From assembly GCF_009914755.1 (NCBI RefSeq), contig NC_060930.1: 64,000 nucleotides of DNA; one strand, written 5' to 3'. This DNA comes from the human T2T-CHM13v2.0 reference genome, Homo sapiens. The position numbers and the translations under genes are program-made. Under the pieces are notes generated by a model. That model saw only the letters and a list, made by a program, of their open reading frames with translations. It was not told where the DNA came from and ran no database searches. Shown here piece after piece: positions 1 through 12,924 of the stretch (positions within the stretch are counted from its first letter, which is position 1; each line of letters opens with the position of its first letter).

Positions 1-61
1 GTAATTTCTCAGTCATTGCTTCCAGCTCACTGTCAATTTCTTTGGATTCTTCTAGCAGGGT
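1..61 (-). CDS. SYNE1: SYNE1 exon ~88, partial (TLLEESKEIDSELEAMTEKL...)
   Basis: Acceptor ctctag|ACC at 62-63; continues phase-0 frame; runs off window edge. Confidence 0.9.
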
Positions 62-952
62 CTAGAGTGAATTGTCAATATTCATGACATTGACGGGCAG
101 GTAGAGGGATATAGATATTCAATATAGCTTGGCATAAAATGCCCTGTGTAAGTTCTGTGTGTCCGTTATTGTGTTTAACCTTCACCCCCCATGACCACTT
201 TCTACTTGGTAGCCACTTACTATTATAACTATTTCACAGAAAAAGAAATCACAGTTTAGGAACTGTAAACAATGTGCAGAGGTCACATGTCATACTACGT
301 GTGGGACCATGAAGCTCCTGCTCGGTCAAGCCCAAGCTGCCCCCTCGTGAGAACAGGACATAGGAATTCTAGCAGTGAAAAACCCAAACATACTAGGTGT
401 CTTATTTGTATCTCTGGGTCTCCATTTTCTCATATTTAAACTAAAGAATCACTTTTCAGCTCTCATATTCTATACGACTGAAGTTCATATTTGTCTAAGA
501 AATGAAAATAAGAACAAGAGCATTACAAGCAAAAACCTTGGCTCACTTGCTTTAAGTGAGACAAAGGGGTAGAAGATACGTGCAATAACTATCAAGAGAA
601 GCAAAAACATCCCTGATCATTCAGAGTGGTATCATCTACTGGGTCTATCAGAAATACAATGGATAAGTAACCATTCAATGTACAGTCTATGAAAAGTAGA
701 ACGAAAGAGAAGCCAGTGTGAAGAGATGACTGCAACTTGGGGAAGATTGGGAGAAGGTCTCCGGGAAGAATCACATCTGAGCCCAGTCAGAAGGACTTTT
801 GGAATCTGACAGATGAGGGGGAAGAGGAAAGACATTTCAGACAGAGAGAACAGCATATGCATAGGTACAAAGATGCGTGAATCTAGAACACACAGTTAGT
901 GGGGTGTGTAATGTGTAAAGAGGAGAAATGAGGAATAGGATATTATTCTTAG

Positions 953-1271
<319 letters not shown>

Positions 1272-1363
1272 GGCGATAGACTTCTTTTAATGAAGTACTT
1301 TCTTTTCTCACAATAAATGTTTATAAATATATATTTAACAGATAAATATTTATCTGTATATGA

Positions 1364-1693
<330 letters not shown>

Positions 1694-2046
1694 CCTATAC
1701 AAGATATATTTATTTTTAACACATAAATATATATAGTAAGGATATATATATATAATCTGTTAAATATATATTTAATGTAAATGTATAATTTAAGTATATT
1801 TATTAATAATTTAATTATTTTAAATGATTTAAATATATATTTACTATATAAATATATCAAATAGAAAATATATGACTTGGAAAATATTGAAAATATAAAG
1901 AAGAAAACAAAATATCTCATCACTTTATAACCCAGAAATAACTTTAAGAGTTAACTGCTGATACATTTGGGCACATTTTTAGGTATTAATAATTGAGGTC
2001 ATAACATGACTATAGTTTTCCATCTTTCTTTTTCACCCGACCTTAG

Positions 2047-2622
2047 CGTTACCGGAAAAAGGTCCCAATCCAGACCTCAAAAGCGGGTTCTTGAATCTTG
2101 TGCAAGAAATAATGTGGGGCAAATCCAGAGTAAAATGAAAGCAAGTTTATTAAGAAAGTAAAGGGATGAAAGAACGGCTACTCCATTGACAAAGCAGGGT
2201 GTCCCCAAAAGCAGGAAAAGAAATGCATCCACCTTAGGTACAATGTCTGCTTATATATAAGACAACAAAGCAAAAAATCACGGCGGAGATATGCTCTGCA
2301 AGGGCCTGTGACAAAAGATTGTTGATCTTTGTGTAACTGCTGTCTTCTATAAGAATCTATGTTAAAATTATTTTTTAAATATAGATCCAAGAATGCTTTT
2401 GTTCTTAAGATACCAGGATATCAGGACATTGCCTGAGTCTGTTATTTCCCAGATCTATTAAGGCCTGGGTATCTTCAGTTAGCATTATCAACCTGTCTAA
2501 CCATAATTATTCTGTGACTAAGAATGCCTGACGTGGGAATGCTACCCAATAGGTGTCATCCTCATTTACCCAGCCCCTATTCAGGCCCCTACGAAGTCAC
2601 TCTGGTTCTCACATCTCTGACA
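2047..2622 (-). mobile_element. MER41-family (ERV1) solo LTR, full length
   Basis: Minus strand begins TGTCAGAGATGTGAGAACCAGAGTGAC...GGGCTGGGTAAATGAGG; other end gttaccggaaaaaggtcccaatccagac; 4-bp TSD ttag. Confidence 0.8.
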
Positions 2623-2647
2623 TTAGAAAAAACACAATGGATTTTCT

Positions 2648-2914
2648 TTTCTTTTTTTTTTTTTTTTTGAAATGGAGTCTTGCTCTGTGGCCAGGCTGGA
2701 GTGCAATGGCGCGATCTAAGCTCACTGCAACGGCTGCCTCCCAGGTTCAAGCGATTCTCCTGCCTCAGCCATCCGAGCAGCTGGAATTACAGGCACTCCC
2801 AACCACGTCCAGCTAACTTTTGTATTTTTAGTAGAGAATGGGGTTTCACTATGTTGGCCAGGCTGGTCTCGAACTCTTGACCTCAAGTGATCCACCCCTC
2901 TTGGCCTCTCAAAG
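2648..2914 (-). mobile_element. 5'-truncated AluS
   Basis: TSD aacacaatgg(a/c)ttttct. Confidence 0.9.
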
Positions 2915-2999
2915 AACACAATGGCTTTTCTCACAGTGCACTCTTTTTAAATAAACACAGGCTGCTTTACTTCCTAAAGGGGGCACGTGAGAACTCACC

Positions 3000-3870
3000 A
3001 AAAGAGTCTACAGTCTGCGTTCTCTCTTCAGCTTCTGAGCCAGATCATCTCAGGACCTGGTGTCTTTTTCACTGTGCCCCATGATGCAGTCAACCCACCC
3101 TACTGCTCGAGTCATAGAAACCTGGGAATCATCCTTGACTCCTCCCTGTCTTTCATCGTTGACTCCTCCCTCTCTTTCACCCAATTCAGTCTCCAAATTG
3201 GAGAATTCCAGCTGCTTAGTATCTCTTGACTTTGTCTTCTCCTCCTAATCTCCAAAGAGAGGCCTTGTCATCTTCTACTGAAATACTGAAACCATCTTTT
3301 ATATTGTCTTACTGTCCTCAATGTGTTTTCCAAAGGCTGCTAAATTTGCTTTCTGAAAATACAAGTCTGAACTTGTCCTTTGCAGGCAGAATATCAGTTT
3401 CAGAGGCTTCAGAGTGACTTCAGGATAAAGTCCAAATTCCCAACAGACTTTTAGGATCTTTTTCTTATCTCTCTATTCTTATCTCTTATCCCTTGTACCA
3501 GCACCAGAAAACACTCCTCACATTTACTGCTAGGATTTCAGCATACATTTTTATCTAAACACATTCCACAAGTAGGCTGTCATGTTTTTCAGGACTCAGC
3601 CCATCATCACCTTTTCCTGAGAAGCCTTTCTGCACTTTCCTCTTAAACCCCTGGTGGGCGGTTGGGTTGAGCACACTCCTGTGGGCTCCTTCAGCACCTG
3701 GGCCCTCTGTCTTTGCACAAATCACACTATATTGTACTGTTTCCTTCTATCTGTCCCCTCCCCTAAATAATCAACTCCCTGGGGTGGGGACAGGGAATAT
3801 CCTTTGTACCCTAAATGCCTAACCAAAGTCCTAGTTTGGGAAAGGACTGTATGTTTGTTGAATAAATAAA
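3000..3870 (+). mobile_element. Degraded L2 LINE 3' portion (approximate bounds)
   Basis: aacctgggaatcatccttgactcctccct motif; 3' end tgtttgttgaataaataaa. Confidence 0.55.
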
Positions 3871-3873
3871 CAA

Positions 3874-4194
3874 ACGCTTGTATTCCCAGAATTTGGGGAT
3901 GCCAAGGCGAGTAGATCGCTTGAGGCCAGGAGTTTGAGACCAGTCTGGCCAGCATGGCGAAACCCCATCTCTACTAAAAATGCAACAATTAGCCAGGTGT
4001 GATGGCACGTGCCTGTAGTTCCAGCTATTCAGGAGGCTGAGGGACAAGATTCACTTGAACCTGCCCAGGCTGTAGCTCAGTGGCGTGATCTCGGCTCACT
4101 GCAATGATGACGAGGTTGCAGTGAGCTGAGATCACGCCACTGAGCTACAGCCTGGGCGATAGAGCGAAATGCTGTCTCAAAAAAGAAAAAAAAA
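3874..4194 (+). mobile_element. Alu with internal inverted duplication
   Basis: Alu body with A tail; right arm contains a 42-bp inverted copy. Confidence 0.9.
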
Positions 4195-4283
4195 GTCATG
4201 ATAACCTTAAGGACTTCATTATATTTTATTATATGCAAATATTTACTTGGAAAAAAATTATTTCACATTTAAGTTTTCTTTAA

Positions 4284-4686
<403 letters not shown>

Positions 4687-5835
4687 CAGAGTAGCAACAT
4701 TTTTGACAATCACCATACATTTTGCCAATTATTTTTCAAAGAGATTTTACCAGGATACCAGCAATGTTTGAGAGCTCTCACTTCCTTAAATATGAACTTG
4801 AAAGAAACAGTATGAATGTGACAGTTAAGTTTGTCTTTCTTCCTCTCTTTTTTTGCTGAAATTTGCATTTCTAGACTTCTAAGGATGTTGGCTTTTTTTC
4901 ATTGTTTTCAAATCAGTGGTAACTTAAGTCCTGTCTGTTCATATCTAAGCATATCTTAAAGCAAAAGATTGGAGTTGCTTAAGAAAGACATTGTGGGAAG
5001 AATACGCAAGATTGATCAGAGAAGAAAGACTGTGAATATAGGGAAAAATTAGAAGCTGTTAAAGCATTCCAAAAATGGAAAAATGAGGCTTTGATCTAGA
5101 ACCCTGTAAACAAGAATGGAAACAGGGATTCATTTAAAGGCCACAAGGATACATAAATAATATAAGAGACAAAAATCTAGAATACTCGATACCCATGTAA
5201 CTCCTATAAAAGTCACCCTATATTTTATTATATGATAACTAGCCTATTAACTATCTGTGTCTAATTTAAGCTTAAGTTACAAAAGGATGAAATAATTTCC
5301 TGGATGACGTGACTGACAGAAAAGGAACATTTTTCTCATGTAACTTCAGAGGAAATGAACTAACATAGCCAGCATGTGATGTGGACTCATGGCTTGCTCT
5401 GGGCTGCCCGACCTCCTGTGGAAGGCCAGATGACAGGCCTGGGTGAGGGCTGAGGGAGGAGGCGGGAGATCTCCCACTGAGCACCTGCATGTGCCAGGCA
5501 GACGTTTGCACGTGTGTACCTTAAACCACTTGATCTCATAAGTCTGAAATACGAATATTATTTACGTCTTCATACAAATGATGAGAAGACAGAATTCAGA
5601 GAGGCAAAGCATTCTGCTCCAAATCACACAGCCCTGCATGGCGGAGCTTGGTTTTCCCACCAGTCTGAGTGTGGAGTCTAGAATCTTTCCACACTTCATT
5701 GCATCTCTTCACAGGAAAGAATTTCCCACCAGATCCCTGCAGATAATTATTTCAAAGAAGCTACAGAAAATGAGTTCTACAAGGCTGATTGGTTTGGGTC
5801 TTGGTGTAAGGTAGGTTTAGGGAAGATCAAGGATA

Positions 5836-5845
5836 TTTATTTATT
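5836..5845 (-). terminator. Candidate intronic poly(A) signal AATAAATAAA (intron ~87)
   Basis: Two overlapping AATAAA about 160 nt past the read-through stop at 6003. Confidence 0.45.
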
Positions 5846-6035
5846 CAATTTCATGAAATTTCATGAGAAGCTCCTTTCTGTCCAACTACTGAACAACTTA
5901 GGGGTACCTTAGCATTCTTTTTATCTGGTAGCTCCAAAAATTTTACATCACAGCCCTCTAAGTGTTGTGTCAGTCTACCCAGTTAAATCAAATTGCCCTT
6001 GGTTACTTTTTAAAGATTATTTTTCCTAAGGTTAC

Positions 6036-6173
6036 CTGATGCAAAATATATTGTTCCCGAAGCTGGCTTGCAGAATTCCATGCAATAGTTCCATGAGCCA
6101 AGACTTTAGCTTTTTCAATCCACTTCAAAATTAATTCAAGCATTTCATTGTATTCTTCTAAATGTGATGCTGC
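6036..6173 (-). CDS. SYNE1: SYNE1 exon ~87 (AASHLEEY...YILHQ), 138 nt
   Basis: ttttcag|GCA ... CAG|gtaacc; within ORF 6003..6191. Confidence 0.93.
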
Positions 6174-6397
6174 CTGAAAAACCAGTAACATTAATGTAAC
6201 AAATGTAAACTCCTCAGTTTCTTGAGCTATAAATCAGTCTTCTCTCTCTTTGGACACAACAGTCTTAGGGGTTGATCATTATAATACCTATGATATTCAA
6301 TGGTATCAAAAGATCGTTTCCCTGTTAAAATCTGTCAAAGCTTTCTCAGTGACCTTAGGATAAAGCTCAAGTTCTTAATATGATTGAATTATTCCTC

Positions 6398-6784
<387 letters not shown>

Positions 6785-7267
6785 TAATGGGTTACCAACT
6801 CCTGGTTTTAACTTGTCCCTGATTATATTAATCGATTTCAAAAGTCTAGTCTATATGCAACAATTATTACAGACGTGCAATCTGAATCTATTAAGTCAAC
6901 GTAAGCTGATATATATGTAGCTTACTTAAAGGTACTTGAATTCACCCCAAACTGATTTCATAAAACACGTTAATGGGTGAATATTCATTCTACAAAATAC
7001 TTCTCCATTTTACAAAATATTCACTCCAAAGTCCATTTGTAGGACCACCTTTGTCAGTGACTTTATCATATGGCTGGATATAAAGTAAGTGCTGGTTTAT
7101 ACCTAAGTCTTAGGATCACAAGTGTAGCATGAAATAAGCTACACCTAAACTACTCTCTCATTGTCCATTTTATCTTTTTATTTATGTTAATTTATTTTCA
7201 AAAGAGAAAAGCAGAACATGGAAGTTTCTGCCTTACACGATTTGGATTTCTGGCCCGGAACACATAC

Positions 7268-7450
7268 CTGATTGAGCTTGGAGAGCCGATTCTCAGCTTG
7301 TCTAATGGTCTGCTGGTGAAGTTCAGTCAGTTTTCCTATCTTCTTGGCCAGTGGCTTACCCAGTTGGCCATTCTGTTCCAAGAATTTCTGTACTGCTGCA
7401 TCTAATTCCATTAACTTTGAATTACAGCCATCTAATTCCTCTCCCAGCAC
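7268..7450 (-). CDS. SYNE1: SYNE1 exon ~86 (VLGEELDG...SKLNQ), 183 nt
   Basis: catcaag|GTG ... CAG|gtatgt; ORF 7187..7465. Confidence 0.93.
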
Positions 7451-8049
7451 CTTGATGGTCACCAAAATGAAAGAACATTAGAGTACAGAAAATAAATTTC
7501 TCCAGGTTTCCCGAGATCAGACTGATTTTTGTCAAAGCCAAATATTATAATGAATAATTCTACTATAATTCTACTATGATCAGGTCATTTTTGTTTCTTC
7601 GGTTGGAAAGGCAGGGCAGGATATGTTGTAATGCTGGTGTTTATTTCCTATGAGGCTGAGTGAGAAGGCTAACATTTTCCTTCTGCCCCACCCAAAAAGG
7701 ATTAGAGTCCCTGAACTCATCAACAGAGGAAGAACACAGATTTAGCTACCAAGGACACAATTCAGTTTGGAATTTATATACTTGTATTCCTAAATCATCA
7801 CTTAGTCCTTTGACGCTCTTCTTTCGTACACACTCATGCATGTATATTTATTAATACTGTTCAATTATAATGATCAATTATGTAAGAGGATCTGTGTTGC
7901 TTCAGTTACAAAATTTCTTTACCACCTGCTGTTACTATTTGGTTTTAAAAAAGGTTCCTAAAAGGTTTTTATCCTATATCCCCAAGTAAAACTGACTCCA
8001 AAAACTATTTAATTCATTCAGTAGTACCCTTTAAAATTCTACTTCTTAC

Positions 8050-8202
8050 CTTTTGGTCAGTTTTAGCTTGAACTACATTATCTGTCTTCGCTTTCAGCTT
8101 AGTTAGAATAGTTGTGAGGTCTTTAGCTAACTTCTGAATTTGCCGGCTGAGTTCCTGGCTCGTGGCCTTGCTCTGCTCAACTTCTTTTATTTTGTCTTGG
8201 AT
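8050..8202 (-). CDS. SYNE1: SYNE1 exon ~85 (IQDKIKEV...KTDQK), 153 nt
   Basis: ttttag|ATC ... AAG|gtaaga; translated by hand, 51 codons without stop. Confidence 0.92.
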
Positions 8203-9063
8203 CTAAAAAAATCAGTAAGAACAGCAAAACAAGCCATGGTTAAAAGTGAATAATAGATACTAAAAATCTCAAATGATGTTGACAAGACACATTTTAACTG
8301 CTTTGGCATTGAAACACCTGGTCACACCAGCGATGTGCGATTAGTTACAAGCCCTCCTGGCTTTCCCTGACTTCACTATCTTTAAGTATTTACTGCACTC
8401 CTTGTGTTCCAGCAAAGATACAAGCAATGTGTGTAGAGAAATTCACTTATTAAATATTTACAGAATACTCATTATAGATGGTTGTGTAGACAGCTGAGTT
8501 TGAATCCTATCTTCTCCATTAACTAACGTAATGACCTTGAGCACACAAACTCCTCTAAGCCTTTTTCTTCATAAGATGGAAAATCCTCCCAAACAGTTGG
8601 AAGCACACTGATTTGTTTCCAAGCACCTTTTAATAAATGACTCTTAATGATCTGTTAACTCTTTTTGTAACTTTCCGACTACAGCTCTATAGTATGCCAA
8701 CCAAGCATTAAGTACATCCAATGGAAAGGAAGGTGAAAAAAGACAGTTCGCATTTACAAATTTCCAGTGACTTTGGTTTGATTTGATAACAAACATTCAC
8801 ACTGTTGCTTAGAATAAAATGCCGAAGAAAAGACATTAAAGAGAAGAAACATTTCTTTATGTAGTTAAAGGTCTTTAAAAAAACCTCTTTAGTAGGGAGA
8901 AAACACACCATTAAAAGAGAGTTAATGGTGTGTTTTGGCCTTCATTATTTTGAGTGTCAAAGTAAATGAAATACATATGAATAAGGCTATGATAGGAAAA
9001 TTAATCCAGAGAAAAGCTTAAATTTTAACTAAAAAAACAAACAAACAAACAAAGAAAAACCAT

Positions 9064-9357
9064 GGCTGTGCACAGAGGTGCACACCTGTAATCCCAGCAC
9101 TTTGGGAGGCTGAGGCAGGCAGCTCACTTGAGGCCAGGAGTTTGAGACCAGGCTGGCCAACATGGCAAAACCTTGTCTCTTTTTACTAAAAATACAAAAA
9201 ATTAGCCGGGTATGGTGGTGCATGCCTGGAATCCCAGCTACTTGGGAGGCTGAGGCACGAGAACTGCTTAAACCCAGGAGGTTGCAGTAAGCTGAGATTG
9301 TTTCACTGCACTCCAGCCTGGGGGACAGAGCGAGACTCTGTCTCAAAAATATAAAAA
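9064..9357 (+). mobile_element. Alu SINE (old S/J)
   Basis: Alu consensus, A-rich tail. Confidence 0.9.
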
Positions 9358-10424
9358 GACCATGAACTTGCCAAGTCATCCTTCCCAGTAGATCTTCCAA
9401 TGTCTAAGAAGAAAAGCCAAATATATCAATTAAATACTTAAAATAGTAAAGAGCATTTATCAGTAGTTTAGGTCAAAGTCATGATGCAGTAGGATCAGAT
9501 TTTGATGAGATTTTTAAAACACTTTGCATCATACATTGAAGATTCCAAAAGTAGAGCACAACTGTATGAGTTTTACAGTTTGTACAATGGGATATTACTT
9601 TCTATTTCATGTAGCAATTTAGAATTGTAGTATGTCTTCTCTTTGTCTCATATAGAAGGGTTTTCATTAAACTTTAATAGCTTTAGCATTAAGCCACCAA
9701 GAGAGTCCGAAAAATCTATTATATTTCCATACAGATGATATTTGAGCCTATTTTCACTACATGAAATTGTGCTCTTCATGAGACCAGAGACAGAAATCTC
9801 ACTCTGGTCTCAACACCAAAAAGGACTATGCATTTCTTCTCAAAGAAACAAAAATATTTGTTTTTTAGAGTTATAGACAGGATTATGTTTCTATTTACTC
9901 TTTTCCTTGGGTGTTTAGAAGCTAGGGTTAAAATGATGGCTCTTCTCTAGCAACATTAGGGGACCCACCCGCATGCATTTTAGGAAATAACTTCATCCCT
10001 GCCTTGATCTTATTTTTATTTCTTTGATTTTTCCCTTTCCTCCAACATCTTCACCTACTTAACTGACATTTTGTTGCACTGCTGAAATAAAATAACAGCT
10101 GGAAGAGTCCCTGGCACACTCTGGGCATTCACTAAATATTTGTTGAACACATGAAACATATCTTACTTTTTGTTTCTTTAAGTCTTTTTTTAAAGGTGAG
10201 GGGAAGCACAAAAATTATCTTTAATTGTATGGCATTATTGGTCATATCTATGATCATCTTGCCTATGAAAAAGACTTCTAATTTAATATTATTGTTTTAT
10301 AGCCATCTATTTTTTTTAACTCTGTCTCCAAGAAGACATTATTGTGAAAATCAAGAACTCTCACACAAGAGGACTGACCCTATAAACAAAATGGAAAGAC
10401 ACTCTTTCTTGATCATAGGTTTAC

Positions 10425-10577
10425 CTGATCTCGGATCTTTAGATCTAACGCCACTTCAGCCAACTGAAGGGAGAGTTCAGAAGGTAATATGGTATAAAGA
10501 CCTAAGTACTTCTCCTTCTGTTCTTCTGCCATTTTTTCAATGTTCTGTCGGTGATTTGTGGCTTCTGTTAGGAGAAT
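10425..10577 (-). CDS. SYNE1: SYNE1 exon ~84 (ILLTEATN...KIRDQ), 153 nt
   Basis: cttcag|ATT ... CAG|gtaaac; 51 codons open. Confidence 0.92.
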
Positions 10578-10907
10578 CTGAAGAAAAGATCAAAATAAGA
10601 AATTTCTGGGAACCTTCTAAGGGGACTGTTATAGACAAGGCTGTATATTTTTCATCAACATATAATTAAGTGTGGAATTAGAAAAATATCTTAATACAAC
10701 ATTGTTCTTTTGTCTCTGAATATAAAGTATGTTCACTTTAAAAAACAAAGGAAAATCCCATGAAGTAATACTAAATATCTTTTATATAACACACTTCTGA
10801 AATTTTTTAATTCAATATTCAATAAATACAAACAAGTATGTTCAACTAAAATCAGGGCAATTGTTTTTGAAATGATGGGTAAAGAGAATGAGGAGACTTT
10901 TTTGTAC

Positions 10908-11073
10908 CTGAAGTTCTTCAAGTTGAGCATCTATTTCTATTGTTGGATTCCCTAAATATTCTTTCGTTTCCTGAACCCAACATTTCACAGAATTGATCTG
11001 AGTCTCCACCATTTCTCGGTCCTTCAGCTCTTGCTTCACCAACTTTCCATTAGTCTTCACTTTCTCCTGCATG
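10908..11073 (-). CDS. SYNE1: SYNE1 exon ~83 ((N)MQEKVKTN...LEELQ), 166 nt
   Basis: ttctgaag|C ATG ... CAG|gtacaa; completes the phase-2 codon from exon 82. Confidence 0.92.
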
Positions 11074-12355
11074 CTTCAGAAACATTACAGGGATAAAACA
11101 GAAGTGAAGTGAAAGGAACCCCCTAATACTTGGCAACATTTTATCCAATACATATATAGAAATGGGAAACCTAGTATCTTTTTTGAAAGAAAAGACACTT
11201 CCTCAACACTGTTAAATAACACTGCAGTTCATGTATAAATGTCATATAAAGTAAATAATTTATCCTTGAAAAACTGAGAGTTGACTGTCTCACATGCCAC
11301 TAAATTGCAATCAATTTCCTATTTAAAGTAGCCTGGAGATTATTTCATTATTTACTTCCTCTTTGGAAATCTCCTAAAATGGTACATTTAAAAGTAATGT
11401 GTAATTGGAATATATATAGCTATCTAATAGAAAGTAGTCTTTAAAGAAAAAAATCAAGCTTTGGAAATGTCATAATTAATCACGTTAATAATGTACAAAT
11501 TTCAAGTCTTTATTTGAATTAATGTAAATTTGGTAAGAAGATTTTAAAAAGTGTTAGGTTACCTTGACATCACCTATAAGGGAAAGAGGTGAAATGCAAG
11601 GACATGAATGAGGTAATATTTGTAAATGTAGAAATTAAATTATCAATGAATATTTTTTTCTCTGGCCCAAGAAGTGAGTCAGGGCTGGTTATACATCAGG
11701 ATTAACTTGCTCTTTCTACTAAATTCACTGCTAGTCGATGGCTATTATTTACCTGGACTGCGCTCCTATATCCCTGTCACCCCAGATGGCCAATGAGTTC
11801 TCAAGCTTCATCAAATCTAAGTTCTTAATAGCTCTCAATGGTTTCCATCTCATGCTTCATTTCTCTTGAATCACCCTTCCCCTCCCCGCATCACCCAAGG
11901 AGCTCCTTGAAAGTGACACGTTTATTCCTTTCTTACATGTCATTTCCCTGTTTGCAAAACTCAATGCCTAGCTCCAGCCCGCTCAGGCTTCTGCTTCAAT
12001 TCCCCTTCTGAAGGGATGCCTTCTTTGACCCCTCTCCTCGGCTGCTTGTCTCTGCTTCGGATTCCCTCAGCTCCCTTTTCACACTTGACTACAAAGGCTG
12101 CCTTAGTTGCCTAGCTCTCTGCGGCTTGACTGTAAACGGCATGAAGGTAGACACTGAGTCTGTATGGTTCACCATCGTATCTCTAAGTACTATCAGATAT
12201 GTATTTGTCAGACAAACGATTGAAGAGTTAAGGAAACGGAAAAGCAAGAGTGATGGGAACGGATCCCCACATTTTCAAGGTGGTGTGAAGGAGCACCTTC
12301 ATACTTCATAACCTACTTATCCCAAGGCCAAGTTCAGTAACAGAATGAAAGTAGG

Positions 12356-12639
12356 GGCCGGGCGCGGTGGCTCACGCTTGTAATCCCAGCACTCTGGGAG
12401 GCCGAGGCGGGCGGATCACGAGGTCAGGAGATCAAGACCACGGTGAAACCCCGTCTCTACTAAAAATACAAAAAATTAGCCGGGCGTGGTGGCGGGCGCC
12501 TGTAGTCCCAGCTACTCAGAGAGGCTGAGGCAGGAGAATGGCGTGAACCCGGGAGGCGGAGCTTGCAGTGAGCCGAGATCACACATTTGCACTCCAGCCT
12601 GGGCGACAGAGCGAGACTCCAAACAAACAAACAAACAAA
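12356..12639 (+). mobile_element. AluY with 12-bp left-arm deletion (Yc3/Yd-type)
   Basis: gagatcaagacca^cggtgaaacc deletion; cacgcttgtaa variant; TSD agaatgaaagtagg. Confidence 0.88.
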
Positions 12640-12664
12640 AGAATGAAAGTAGGTGCTTAATTAC

Positions 12665-12924
12665 TTCAGGCACCGATCTTGCATGGCGGTGATTTCCTGC
12701 ATGAGCGGAGGCTCTTCCCCAGGGGTTGGGGCGGCTCCATCCTGGAGCATGCTCAGGGTTTGCTGCCGCAGCATGCCCAAGGCCGACTGCTGCTGCTCCA
12801 GCTCCAGAACGAACGTGTCGTGGTATTCAAGAAGAGTTAAGAGCTCTGCTTTCGATGCTTTCTCTGCTGAACTTCCAGGTAACTTATCTTGCAGCTGATC
12901 AATCATTTCAGTGGCCTTTTTAAC
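12665..12924 (-). CDS. SYNE1: SYNE1 exon ~82 (VKKATEMI...QDRCL), 260 nt
   Basis: catcag|GTT ... CTG AA|gtaatt; ORF 12661..13005. Confidence 0.92.

Noticed and set aside
10151-10669. 172-aa plus-strand ORF antisense to exon ~84
   Set aside because: No recognisable domain or splice context; consistent with a chance antisense ORF
11675-11681. AP-1 motif TGAGTCA upstream of exon ~83
   Set aside because: A 7-mer expected several times by chance in 64 kb; no supporting evidence
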